Origin: Fimbriosthenelais zetlandica
Taxonomy: Eukaryota
Reading direction: 5' to 3'
Length of the DNA stretch: 64,000 bases
NCBI GenBank assembly: GCA_977030845.1
Contig: OZ365110.1
Location: forward strand, 48,732,001-48,796,000
A model generated the notes under the pieces. The model was not told the DNA's origin and searched no databases. It worked only from the letters and a program-made list of their open reading frames with translations. The position numbers and the translations under genes are program-made. Below, piece by piece: positions 37,896 through 51,250 of this stretch (within the stretch, counting starts at the first letter, position 1; every line of letters begins with the position of its first letter).

Positions 37896-37971
37896 CTCTT
37901 TCTTGACGAAAGATACGAAGCCATATCCCCTCGATTTGAGTGTCTGCGGGTCCCTGATGATCTTACAGTCT
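37896..37971 (-). CDS. TIA1: TIA1/TIAR-family exon, RRM2 RNP1
   Basis: Acceptor tttgcag|, donor GAG|gtaggt. 76 nt, phase 2 to 0. Translates DCKIIRDPQTLKSRGYGFVSFVKKE (RNP1 RGYGFVSF). Confidence 0.96.
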
Positions 37972-39599
37972 CTGCAAATAGCAAAAGCGTGAGAAAATTA
38001 GTCCTATATATTCGGTGGGGATCGACAAAGCCTGGCGCCAAAGTTGATAAAAATATGAATGAAAAAGAAAGTATGTACGTGTAAGATGGGACACTTGAAA
38101 GCTATTGTGTTCGTACTCCCAATAAAAAAGGGAGTTTAATCATCGGTATGTGCAACACAATAACTGACAGGTAACCAAACCTAGGAAGAAGCTAATGATA
38201 ACAAAAGCACTGAAATTCATATGACAAAAGTATACATTCTGGACCGAGGCATCAATCTCTAATTTAGTACTGAGGTCGCTCCAATGGGTGAGAATGGCTG
38301 GACAGAATTGATGTATATACAAGAGTACATGTAGTGAGATATATTTATGGTGGTCACTCAACGAGTTCCTCTAAGCTAGTTTGAGTAACTAATTTACAGG
38401 TGGGAGAGGATTCATATTTGGGTCATTATATCATTTATTTTAATACTTCCTGCATGGTAAAAGTGCTAATACATTGGCGTACACATTATGTGTACATTAT
38501 AATAAGCCTATTCTCTATTATAGAAAGGTATATATATACTTGATAAAAAGCCAAGAAAGGGCAATTGTTATAAGGGATCTACACCATTATGATCATGATT
38601 TACAATGATAAAAGAGAAGGTAGAATGAAAAAGTGAACTGGAATGTGTCACAAAATATATTTTCATAAAAAAGAAGGCCCCTCCATTAGCAGAAGGGCGT
38701 CTAAAAAGAAATACCAAATGTTAGTAGTACATGCGAATGGATGACAACAGACAGGAAACGTTACTTTGGTACTATACTGAATATGATCATTACAAAAAAA
38801 GAGAATGGGGGGGGAAGAACCGGTGTTGTAGCGTTAACATTGGGGGCGACTTGGAAAGAAAAAATTCTATGATTCAACTTTGGAGAGATAAATGTAGAAC
38901 TGTTGATTGTGGTGAGGAGGTATTTCCACTTTACAAAGAATACTGTGTGTAAAGGCACTGTAAGGAGTAATGAAAGGCTTTATTGTGAACATGTGCCTAT
39001 AAGCATGGAGAGAGGAGGTGGAGTATAAGATATTCTATTCAGCTGAGGTTGGGAGTTTGAACTAGGGCCAGGGTTTACATGGATCAGCCCCCACAGCAGT
39101 TGGCTAAGCTTTGATGCTGCGATGATCACAATACTGTTAGCTTTTAAATATAATGGGCGCTGCCAAGCATCGACCAGCTCAGTGTGGAGGCTGCGGAGCG
39201 TGCAATATTCACACATTGATCTGCGGCCACTACCAGAATTATTTTCGCAGTGCTGCATAACAGTTATCAATCCAATGACTTATCACCCCACAGTATTTGT
39301 AGGATGGATTGCAGCCTATTTCCGCAGAGCAGAAAGAGTTGCTCGAGAGAACAATGTCAGTGAGATGACAAAACCCCGTCAAAAATGCATATTGCTTGGG
39401 TAAATGGCCTGGTCGGTTCAGTCGCCGAGCCCTTTGTGCCCCTATCCGGCCCCCATGCGCCGACGGTGTTCACTGAATTTCATATCAACTTTCCAAACAC
39501 GAGAACGCCATTAGGCTCATGACTGCCAGTTTTCTACGAGAGAGAGGGAGAAAGAGCGGAGTGGAGTGGAGGGTGTTAAAGCACTTGCTCCTGGAGATT

Positions 39600-41300
39600 G
39601 GAATACACTGTTATGATAAAGTTATCACCAGACAGTCACCACCCACTACCAAGCTGCCCTTTCCCCCCTCACCGGGGGCACCCACCACCAGAGGGGCATT
39701 TCATTACAAATTCGGTTTTATCCGAGGCAGGGCCTTCCCTGATTGGTTGCCTTCAATTATAGCTGGGACACATTTTGATTGGTCACTTGGACTTTGTCCA
39801 GGTCTATCATCACGTGTAGTAGTTGGCTGGTCATGTTCTGTTTTGATCACTTCCCACACAGCCCTAAAGCTGGCAAAAAAAGGTCACATTTGGATCATCT
39901 GCGCTCACTCACTGCACTATAATTAATCTTTGATCCCACTAGCCTAATACCGCAGCTCGCGTAAGTCACCGCATGAGTCTTGGCAGCCCCCATCAACAAG
40001 AGCCAGAGCCTCTGGTGGCCGTTAGCAGAGTGAGACTGTCCTGGCAATGATCAGGCCAGGAGGCAGGCCACTTGTTTGGACTGGGCCTGTCATGGAAGCG
40101 GAAGTTCCGTCACGCCTCTTCCAGCTCCTCCAGCCCAGCCCCCATCACGACCCTTGTTCATGAAGGGAATCAGGCAAGATCGATATCCTCCCAGATATCA
40201 TCCATTTGGCCCAATAGTGGTCATTCTAGCCCAGGCCGCCTTATAGTTGTTGAGTTTTACACTCTGCCTGATAGTAATCTTTTATCAAAAGCCGGCGATG
40301 AGGCGGCAGCATGAGGCCCCGAGTGGCCAGCCAGGTCCCTGTGATATGGAAATTGTGATGCCCCGAGATAAGCAGGTCACGCCATTCTGATAGATATTAT
40401 GTGCCCTCTAGTGCTCTATAACATAGGATCATGGGGGAATGCATGTTTTCTGTAGCATGACCAGTCCATTTCTCAGCTACCCCGAGCCAATTCGCTAATG
40501 GATACTGCTCCTGCTACTAGCCCTTTCCACAACAAAAATTCCCCTACTTGGCACCTTCTTCCTCTCTTCCTGTCTCCTATTTCCTACAATGTACTCGTTG
40601 GTAATAAGAAATTAGAATAGGATAAAATGATTTTGACATGAAATACGAGCCTATTTGAGCATACATTCCTTGTCTCGAGGACCATTCAATCTTGAACCGT
40701 TCAGGTGAGGATGGCTAATCAATTATCGGATAAGTGGCTACACAAGTGGATTTCATTTCCGAATAATGAATTTCCATTTGAAAAACTTCTAATGCTTGAT
40801 GGCCAGGCTTGCTAATGATTTCAGACGCCTGGAGGGTGTCTCTAGTGCAACAGGCATATGGAAGGAGGAGGCTCATTCGTGCTCTGGCCATGGGCTAGAA
40901 TTACACCAGCAGAGGTGTCAGTGTGGAATAAAGTCCATCCCCACAGCTTTCTCAAGTGGCCGACTTGAAAGGCTCGCCTTCCCTCCCACTTCTTTCCGAG
41001 CGGCATCAAATCAGCCATAGTGCCCAATCCTCAGCAGACAACTGGCAGAATTCCACTGGGAGAGTGGGCAATGTTTTCCGATGAGTTGCGCCGACACCTC
41101 AACCAGTGCCAAGTAAGTGGGAGAATTGGTGGATGAGAGATTCTGATACCATTGCCAAATGCAGCAATACATGTCACATATTTCCTACATGATATTATTC
41201 CTACAGATATAGAAAACATCTTCCACGGCCAAAAGCAAGACAATATATGTCTGAACTTTCCTTTCACAAGCATTCCAGATGACAGCAATTAAATCTAGTG
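39600..41300 (-). mobile_element. Decayed CR1/L2-type LINE fragments
   Basis: SICLLH*RHPP (cf. ICxxYRPP) at about 40830-40870, SSPAFDK at about 40282-40300, GLPRL (cf. GVPQG), and ADD at about 39894-39902, in canonical order. Confidence 0.5.
40401..40414 (-). promoter_or_regulatory. CTCF-like core motif
   Basis: Minus strand reads GCACTAGAGGGCAC, versus consensus CCASYAGRKGGCRS. Single motif only. Confidence 0.25.
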
Positions 41301-42599
41301 AATTGATGAATGGAATTAAAACGAGTCCTGATAGAGACCACTATGATATCAGTTGCTTTGTTGTAAAAATTGCATCACTTCTCGGATTCTTTCCCGCAAC
41401 ATAAATACCAGCAACTTCTTAACATAGTAAGGAACATCATTACTCACTTGCCGATTCAAATCCATCGAAAGACTGTCGTTCACAGACTTAAGATTTCCAT
41501 TTAATCTCATTGTATCAAGTATGCATGTGCTTCTTTTTGACAGCTGGTGATTCGGAGATGAATGTGATCAAGTGCCTGTGAACAAGAGGCCTGGTAGAGT
41601 GGGTTTTACTTTGTTGTAGCGTCGTAGCACTTAAATGGGCAAAGTGGTTGAAAGATGTGCTCATGAATGCCTAACACAGTGGTGTAATGTATGGTATTAA
41701 AGGCCAATCAACACCTGAGGTGATTAATCACCCACCCACATTTAATTAGTCCAAGCAAGGGCTTGCACACTGAACCCACCATGCAGCCCCAATCAAACAC
41801 CAATTAAAGGCAGCAATTTGTCTTCTCAACTTGGCCGAGCCACTGTCTACTAGCGGGGATGATGTTTGCCAATGAGTTGAGTTTCTTGATAACTTTGTGA
41901 TATATGTAATATCTTTAATGTAGGTGCTTGGTGGGGAGATGGCCATGATTACACTGATCATTTAATGGTTCAGCCCCCGTCAGCTGCCTGCTAATTTAGG
42001 TCGTAATTGAGCTCAGCCACTCCATCCTTCCCACGTTTAAAATTGTGAGCTAACCGAGCAGAAAACAATAGGCGAGAGAGGATGACAAATAGGTGTTTTA
42101 AGCAGCATTACATATGCAAAAAACATGAACAATTCCTAGTGGTGCTCACAAGCTTTGTCCTTCAATGGGTCCCATCTACTTAGCAGTTGCCAAACTGTGA
42201 GTGTTTCCATGCAAATATTGCTCAAACACAATTTAATGGCCAACGCTTGGGTCATATTCCAGAGCCATAACTGCCTAGGATGGCTCTAGTGAAAGACAAA
42301 GCTGAAACAAAAGCTTTCTATGAGGATACCACTGGTCGATGCTGCATGTGTTGGAGGAAGACAAATGCAGGCTCCCCAGGGGAGAACTTAGGTGTATGAA
42401 TGCCACAGTCGCATGTTTTAGTTATTCACTACTGGCTGAGTGCAGCCACCTTGAGATTTCTCCAGAGGCATGGACCAAGTGTGTGGAAACAGTAGGGCCA
42501 TAAACGGACAGCCATGAGAGCTTATCTCTCGACCAGTCCCCACTCTCTGACTTTACTTCGATCCACTCTAAATGCAGAGGAAAACTTCCCTGATAATGA

Positions 42600-43120
42600 A
42601 ATATTCCAAGTGGCTCTTGGAATGGTTTTTATTCTCTGCATAATCAGGAGGTATTATCTGGACTGTACATTGACTTATATCTGATACCCACATATGGTAG
42701 CCTGGCCCAGTAGGAGCCACATATGCATGTGTCCCTCATGGTCGATTACTGCAACGGGCATGGGTGAAGCTCTCCCACAGCAGCCCCGTAATAGCTCCAC
42801 AGACACCTTCACATGCAGTCTACGCCAGCTCCCCAGCTTCCCATAAACCGAATAAACATCTTGCCTATAGTGTTGTGCATTAGCTTTCTAATCCCCTTTC
42901 TAATACATGTTTTAATTACATCAGGGCCGCTGGACCCTTCCCCAGATCCCCTGGCTCTGAAAAATCCAGCCCGCAATGGGATGGCAAGGCACAATGAAGC
43001 CGAAGAGTCATCTCCCCAACCTTGGCTTCTCCCTTCCTCTGGGGCTGTTGGGGATGACCTCCCCATCACATCCGGTTTATACCGCAGTGTCTTTCCGGAA
43101 TCTCCCGGGGTGGAATGCCC
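42600..43120 (-). mobile_element. Decayed LINE RT N-terminal fragment
   Basis: SSGPDVI...GKMFIRF in ORF 42809-43123 resembles KASGPDGI...TxIFNxS. Confidence 0.45.
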
Positions 43121-43499
43121 CATTTGAGATGAAGAATATATACCATAGGCTTACTATCACATATTCCAGGGCCCCACCACATGGACAATGTTTGGAGAAT
43201 AACTATAGAAGCCCCACATTATCTTCACTCTACACCCTCCACGCTAATCCCCCCAGCAATGCCCTGCTAATCCTAAGACCTTCCTGTCTGGATTAATGAT
43301 CCCAGTCGCCGCCTTAAGCTGTTATCTATGATCGCAATCAGGCACTCTGGAGGCATGCTAATCCCCGATATCTTATCCACCACTCCACTGCCCCTCCTTT
43401 AATGCCTGTGTCCCGACAAATGGTATTTTACCTGTTTCTTGTCAGTTCACATCTTCCCCACTCTATCATTTAGAGTCTAATATATTATAATGAATTACT

Positions 43500-44000
43500 A
43501 CTCAATCCATTGGCGACTTTGCGATGGAGGTGGGGCTCATCTCAGAGGTAACATCCATAAAGCCTGTCAGCCCAATACTATGGCAAAGCAACGCCTCTCC
43601 AACTAACAACTTGTTCAGCTTATTTATCTAAGTGCATCCATTGTGGCTATTTTCCTAATAAAGTCGATGAAGACTGACTGTGTTTTGTGTCAGGCTTTTA
43701 GAGCTGAGCTAGGCAATGCAGGTTATGGCACACCCTTGCATTTTAGCTTAGAGACCCTCCATCTCCAGCCTCTGAGGTGGTTAAATATGTATAGCATCAG
43801 CGTGAAAGCCTCAACAATAGCTTTCAGTGTGAACATCACAGTTGCTTGGGGAATGCACCAAGGGACAACAAAGTTGGTTGAATATTTCAGTACTATTCTA
43901 CACCTTTTGTTGCCCTCACGCTTCACTTTGGCCATTTTCTGCAAAGGTAACACTCGCAGCCAGCCCATTCCCTTATACCCATCACGCTAGTTCGAAGTTA
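43500..44000 (+). mobile_element. Decayed L2-group (Daphne/Crack-like) RT fragment, plus strand
   Basis: ORF 43643-43990 runs from AIFL (cf. AxFLDFSKAFD) to WGMHQGTTKL (cf. GVPQGTKLGP) with plausible spacing. Confidence 0.55.
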
Positions 44001-47000
44001 AAAATAGCAAAATAAACACAGAGCAAGGCATTGTGAAAGATACGCAGCGTCCTGTATTTTGCTATAGTCATTAGGACGGACCAAGAGGAAGTTCTGCTAT
44101 AGGAATGGGAGCTATAGTTAGCTAGGAATTTCCTTGATCCTGTCTCAGAGGAATTTCTGTCAGTATCTATAAGATGATGATGTGTTGGGGCATGACTAAA
44201 TGCCTCCTGAAGCTCACTTTGCTGGGCTGAGCTTGAATATAGTATATCTCTTGGAACCTTTGAAAAATGATATGCATCTTCATCTATCTAAGGCCTATGG
44301 ATGTTATATTCCCCTCGGTTTATTAATTCATACATATATATTAATAAATATACACTTCATTGTTTTTTCTGTATCCAGCGGCGCAAAAAATGACACCATA
44401 ATCATGGATTGAATCTATCTAATGGTGCATCGAACATGACCTTCCATAAAATTACATAGAATACTTACAGACTGAAGCGCAAGGAGCAGATCAAAAGACT
44501 CAGGATTTGATGTGAGTTCTAAAATACACAGGTTAAAATGCCGCAAGCCCATGCAATGCCCTTATTTTTCACACAAACTCATGTCCAGATATGAGCAAAA
44601 AAACTAGTATTTTTTAAATCTTCCCAATCCCAGGAATCAAGTCCAATATGATTTGAAGGGATAATAAATCCCTTTAAAAGCCCCCTACCTCTATCAGGAT
44701 TTTATAACAACCCAATATAGTCTCAACCAAAGGCAGTGTTAGCATAATAGCCACTGCCTGTTAGCTCTTTCTCTGCGGCAGCTTGAGCCTACTACCAAAA
44801 AATAAAAGCATTGCATTGTAAGAGGCCTTTGTAATAGCCACTCCACACACGTTAATGGCTATAATGCATTGCATTAATTTAAAAGTAGACATTCAAAACA
44901 AAAGACCAGGAGAAACAGAAATGGAGAAAATTCGGTGGTATGCATTGCTCGTGGAGCGCATGTTAATGTCATTATGGACTACTGAGTGTATACCATAATG
45001 CTTTAGAACTGGAATCTTACCAAGATGGAGACTACTCAAAGAGTCTTCTATTTTTGGAATGTGAAAAATACCTGAAGATTTTTTTTTTTTTTTTTTACTC
45101 AAGGCGAACCTCCATCTTTCCTTTTAATGTTTTCTTTTCTAGATTTTGAAATGAAGCAGATTCAACAAAATTTCTTTTGAAAGGGGCCAACAAGGGAGAA
45201 TGGCAATGTAACTAATGTAATTCCACATAATAATATGTTAGCTACGAATTTTTGATTGGTGCATTCTAGTTAGTGATTTGAATAAAACCGCAAGGACATC
45301 CGTACCGCGGACGCCACGACACGAATAATAATTTGTAGGAGTCAAATTCAAGACAGTAGTATATAAAGAGGAAAATGGATGATATAATAAAAAGTAAAAA
45401 ATGATAAATAAAATAAGAATGAAAAGGCATACATAGCCTGGAATGTCACAATGCACACGCTTTATTTGTTGGTAGTGGCTGACACGGCATCGAGATCTCA
45501 AATTCTTTCAGACTCATGTGACCGCCATTTCTGATCTGCCATTGGAGGAAATGACGCCAAGTTTTAGTACACGATCAAGATACAATGGTGAGACAAAGTT
45601 TGCCAAATACAGGGACAAAATGATGAATTGATGCTTGTTTTTTTTTTCTCAGTGGAACAAATTGTAGATGTATACATATTGATAATGAAAGTGAAAAAAG
45701 TGACCCTTTCTTGTTCATTTATGTGTTTTTTTTAAAAAGATCGATTGATAGCGCCAATGATTTGAGGTAGATCTAAAAGGTAGTTTGTATAGGGTAAGCA
45801 GGCTAGGTAAACGGTCCGTTAAATGTAGGCGTACACATCCCGTCAGCTACCTTACTACCACCACTTACAGCCGGCTGCCAGACCAGCAGCCCAGCCCAAG
45901 CTGAAATGACAATTTCTTCATCAGCTGTCGCGTGCTTTGATCCAGCTTTGTTGGATCCCCTGGCCCTTGCAATAACTGACAGAAGAGACAAATCACAACA
46001 ATTCGACTGAAACTTAAACAAGTTACTTCACACGATTCTGGCTGCTTGCCACATGAAACATCTCCTGGAACTAAACCACTGTGCAAAAAGATCTCCTCTC
46101 ATAGTAGCTCCAATCCCATTGTTATTATTGATCCTGCCACAAGCTGACTTTGACAGCCTTGCATATTACCTCAAGCCTTTGTTAAAATACAGAGATTCCA
46201 ATAGGATTCAAGGTATAACTCCTGTTTTACATATTCAATGATGGGGAGGTGCATTTAAAGATTTCATTAAAAGAATTGGTACAGGATTGCTTTGCATTGT
46301 GGTCTATTTCCTTTGTAAATTTCACACATTTTCTGATGGTCATTTGACTTTGTTTTGTGTTACCTTTCTGTAAATGGACACCAACACTGCAGTAGTTCTG
46401 TTGATATCAAGGAAAGACACTACAACTATCACAACTAAGTCCTATATCAAGCTGGCATCAATATCTACCTGGTGAAAAAAGGACAAACATCACAAATTCT
46501 CACTCATACAACTATTAAAAAATAGAATACAGACATTTAAAATAGTCATTCACTAGGGCACCAGTTATAACTATAGACATGTGTGTGACTTTCCTTCATC
46601 TCTGCTAATCGTAGGAATATTTGCAATCCATAACCAACTATTCAATATAATATAACCAAAAGATTCAATATAATAAAAGCAGCCATGTTATTATGCCTAA
46701 CGCCTAGGTTTTTTTCAGCAAGAAAATAACAGATAAGCGACTGGGATTTCAAGGTCGCCAATCGAAAACTTCATCATTAATTTACATGGTCATGAAAATT
46801 ATTCACAAAAGCATAAATAACTTGAAGCACCTTTTCATATTCAAAGAGAACAATGCATCGTAACAGACACCAGAATTAGACACATACCTCGTAGCCCATG
46901 TACATAATTCATTATCAGTGAAAAGGCTGTGGCATTCGATGTTAGAGGGTATAAATTATTGGGTATGTGTCATACACCGGTACAATACCTTTTTGGGCAA

Positions 47001-48799
47001 GCATCATTTTTTCAGGCTGATATTGGTAATATAGTATTTCATATCACATGCAGATTCATCATTCGCTTCCAGAACAGTTCAGTGAATAATTTATGTCCTC
47101 AACTGCATGCATTCCTTTCTTCTTTTCATAGTGGTTTACTACCATCTATTATACTGCGGCCAACTGCCAGTTTTCACAATGGAGCGATATTGATGCTAGT
47201 TGGAGCATGGATGCTTGTCAGAGTAGAGCCTGCACGCTGCACCATAAAGCCATATTAAATAAAGGGCATGCAGCTAGCCAGGTATACCTTAAATAATGCA
47301 ACACGAGTCCCACTCCCAGCATATACATCAATTTACATGTGGCAATGTCTGTGACCGCATACCAGCTCTCCCCTCAAAACTTGGCTTAATTATTTACACC
47401 GCTGCTGCATCTAATGGCATTATATGGAAATAATCTGCAACTGGCTAATGAGATGGTTATGCCTCCATTGGGATGTTGATGCCGACAACATTGAGGCAGG
47501 GAGAGTGGGAAGAGAGATAGTGTTGCCAAGCATGGGTGGCTACAGATTCAGCTATTGTATTCGGTGCGCTTTTTACCAGCGAAAAGCCACGAGGACGGCG
47601 GCAAAGCAATGAGTCCTGTGGCATTGTAAGTTCCCTGGTGATGAAATTCATTGGCACACTCTGACCCATGTGATGAAGCCAACGAATGAGAAAAATATCC
47701 ATAGTGACTCCACTCACGATGAGGTCATGAAGATGTATTAATTAGAAATTCCCAGAGTGTGTGACGAGTTCTGAAACCGTGGCCTATTACATAGTGGCCA
47801 TTCAATTAACATGAGCATTTGCTCCCAGTGGCATACTGTTAATCGGGAGCTACACCTAAACCTAACTAGACCTGACACTCCGCACTATTCTATGCTGGCT
47901 CAGTTGGGCAAGAACGCCTGGCCAGGTCGCTTAATTATTGAGCTAAGTCACCGATATAGTTACGTTATGCTAACCAATTGGTCGAAAGTTGATGAGAAAG
48001 AGGCATAATTGGACATGACAAGTCATGCGCAATTGTTCTGTGGTCTAACCGCTAGTGTACAGAACAGCCTTCATTCATTCGAACCATGGCTCTCAGAAAT
48101 GAAGGGAAACAATTGTTCGGTGGTGCAGTTGCATAAGACGACATTGGATCTCGCAATGCAATCAAGGTCTCTTATGAAATAGGAGCGAGTAGCAAGGTAA
48201 AGCTGTTAGGCAATTAGGACTGAAACGTACACAGAAGCAGAGTTAATCTATTACAGGCTTAATGAGATCTGAATACAGAATATCGTGTTCATTTCATCAT
48301 TAACTGCGCCACATGCAGCTCATTCATGCCACTGTAATGCTGCACATGAACAGAACAAAACAGCAACCACACATTACTGCATTAAACTCATGCCACTTCT
48401 GACCCATATTTGATGATGGACGCTTGATATTTCCACGACCATTTGTGGAGAGAATTTTGTTCAGAGAACAATGGGATATTTCCATGACTAAAAACGTCAG
48501 TAATCATATTTAGTTTCTAATTTTCATCTTCGGATGTATTTTCTAAAATTGACATGACATATTCCAGTGTTAATTTATGAGTTCATGGTAAGCAGATTAC
48601 ATAATGGGAGGAGCCATAATGAATTAGATTGTGGGTGAACTCAATTCATGAAGCAATCATAATCTAATCTCATTTGTATGAACTGGCTCTGCAAGATTCA
48701 GACTGCCGCATGCTGTGTGTATAGTACTAGAGGACTGCTTGTTTCCAGTACATGAAAATACTATGTACAGTGTGAAATGCATATGTGAGCATCAGGTAC

Positions 48800-49030
48800 T
48801 CGGGCTTAAAGAATTTCTAATTAATCCTTGTTAATAAATGACTGAAAAGGGGGGATAACCTTATTAATGCCTTTTAAATTTTGTGATGCCCATTGAAAGC
48901 TAACCCCGTGTAAAGGTACTATCTTTGAACCCTCTTTGGCCTGATGTACGAAGGGTGCTGCTGCGTTTACAAATTGGCCAAATGTGCCGGTCGGTCTTAG
49001 GGCGTCCATAAAGCTGTCTCTGATGCTAAT
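48800..49030 (-). mobile_element. Decayed LINE RT N-terminal fragment
   Basis: QAKEGSKIVPLH resembles WKxAxVVPLHK. Confidence 0.4.
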
Positions 49031-50499
49031 CCATCACAGAGGCCTGCCTTGTCCTGCCCATCCCTCACCTCTGGGGTCCTGGGTTACACCCCGCTGGGAA
49101 ATACCCTCCTCTTCTCCATCCACCCACCCATCCACCCATCCACCCAGACAGTGCATGGGGATCCACCCCCCCCCCCCCCACCAACCCTCCAACCCACCAT
49201 CCACCCCCACCGCCGGCTAACACAATTAGAAGTTAGGAACTCTCTGTAGTTAAGGGAGCACCGCGATTGAAAACTAAAACAAGCGATAATTTTTCTTTGC
49301 CTCTCGTCAAGTCTTTAAGTTTGATTTGATTGATGTTCAGACCTTAGACTCAGCCCACTTTCACCGTGACGCATGTTATTCGATGAAGCAAGCATCAGTC
49401 TCAACAATGTTATCAACGTTTACACAATCCACTTTCAGCTTTTCCTTGGATGGGTTCAGACTACTCTTTTAAAAATCTAATGTTTCAATGGGTTTAAAAA
49501 TCGTTAATAAATCTTTTGTCGGGAGGAAATGTGCTTGGTAAGGGAAGTAGGCTTTGGAGAACAGCCAAAGATGAAAAATCCTGTTACATTTTATCTCATG
49601 ATTGGAAGAGAATTATGACGACAGGAGATATCCATGTTTATGAGCCTTTATCTTTGTTACATTATACCATTTAAACCCGCCTTCAACAAAGTCATATCAA
49701 ATATAAAATTTCAACAGGATATGAGGCATCTTTGCTTCTTTCTTGATTAGCGGTTGTTTCGGGGATAACGTTGAAGCAACTAGTAGAATTATACTGACAA
49801 ATAATCAGGGCGATACACAAGTAAAATCTCCAATAGTGAACATATGGAACATCCCAGAAAATGGATATTTTTTGACAGTAAAGATTTTGAGGCATCGTAT
49901 GGAGGCACCTCTGATAACATCCATGTAATACTGAACACCTTCTAAAATTTTCATCAACGTTTTAATCTTTTCCAATCCAAAATGTTGGGAGACTTTTAAT
50001 CATAAACCATCGGCATGTTGCATGATAGAAATGCACACATCCCTACACTCCTCCCTCGGTGCATATCACACCTACAACATTTATATGGAAGGGAAAAAAC
50101 CTTCTCCCTGCATAAAAAAAACAGTCTTCCACACCCGGAATGAGGAAACTCTAATTGTAATTGTCCATAAGTCATGATCATTTATGGATCATTATAGCCG
50201 GAGCAAGCAGCGAGGAATAAGTTTTAATTTCTTGTAGGTGCCTCGGGCTATGTCGGTTTCGACATACCGCCATTAATCTGAGACAGCTGAAGCAATATCT
50301 TTCACACGCCACCTAAATCACCCATGTGGACAAGCGCCATAAAGCTTGTGATTCAACCAAAAAATCTCCAGTTATCTTAAACAGCTCGGTTACACTAGAT
50401 CAGTATTATTCTCGGTGGATGGGCACCGACAAAAAGAAGAACTCCTCTACACTATCCATCACCATGTAATGACGCTTTAAAACATTCATGTGGAATGAG

Positions 50500-51250
50500 C
50501 TAGGAAGTGACTAATTGTCTTCTGCGTTCCCGGGGAACAATTCACTTTTTCATACATTATTTTACTTGTCTACGGCAAGAATCGAGTGGAGATAATAAAT
50601 TGAATCAGGTTGATTTGTGCTGACGGCAGCTGCTCTTCCCCCGCGGGCGCCTCTCTCCACATTCCACAGTCCTGATTATGGTCTGCCGCTGAGTTAAGAC
50701 AGTTTCCCTTTTAAAGCTTTCTTCTCCTTTTAATCCATCCTCATTTCGATTCATCTGGAAATCTTCACCACTGCCTGCCACATGTATAAATCCCCAACAA
50801 TCATCTCAATACACATCCTTCATCTGAAATCATGCCATGATTTATTTGCGCCAATGAAGTGTGACATAAAATAGACCAAGCCCACCTCTCGATCCACCAC
50901 CACATGCCCCCACTCTCTATAGAGGGGAGTCTTTCTTTTTAAAGCTCCAGCTTGCCCGATTTCAATTTTCACTGCATCGTGGGGCTGCCCCAGTGGTGGT
51001 GACCCACATTGAACCAGCACTGCCACCTAGCATGCCCGCCGGATAATGAAAAGGTCTTTCATTTGCTACCAATTTATTTCTACCTTGAGGATATGAGTAG
51101 TGAGGGACTATGAGGGGCCAATGGGGAGTGGAGTAGCCCATGTAAAACTTTATAATCAATAGTCTGTCCAATACAAGCACAGCCACCTCCCCCTTCCTCT
51201 CTCTCCCCGCCGCCACCCACTGCTCTCCCCACGCCTCAACAAATGCTCGC
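50500..51250 (-). mobile_element. Decayed LINE endonuclease fragment
   Basis: GRERKGEVAVLV (ORF 50962-51216) resembles DRxGGGVAVLV, followed by LVQCGSPP (cf. IIxGDFNxP). Confidence 0.45.

Noticed and set aside
38236-38298. SDLSTKLEID as a duplicated, mutually exclusive copy of the GDLSPDIET exon
   Set aside because: No FVG RNP2 residues, a poor donor, and the exit phase does not fit the next exon. Chance similarity.
46881-46920. WATR followed by a GTATGT donor
   Set aside because: The upstream residues (NELCT) do not match IRTN, and the true exon is at 24909-25014.
49560-50200. AT-rich segment with short ORFs on both strands as a gene or viral remnant
   Set aside because: No recognisable motif in the translations I examined; cannot be supported without a database search.
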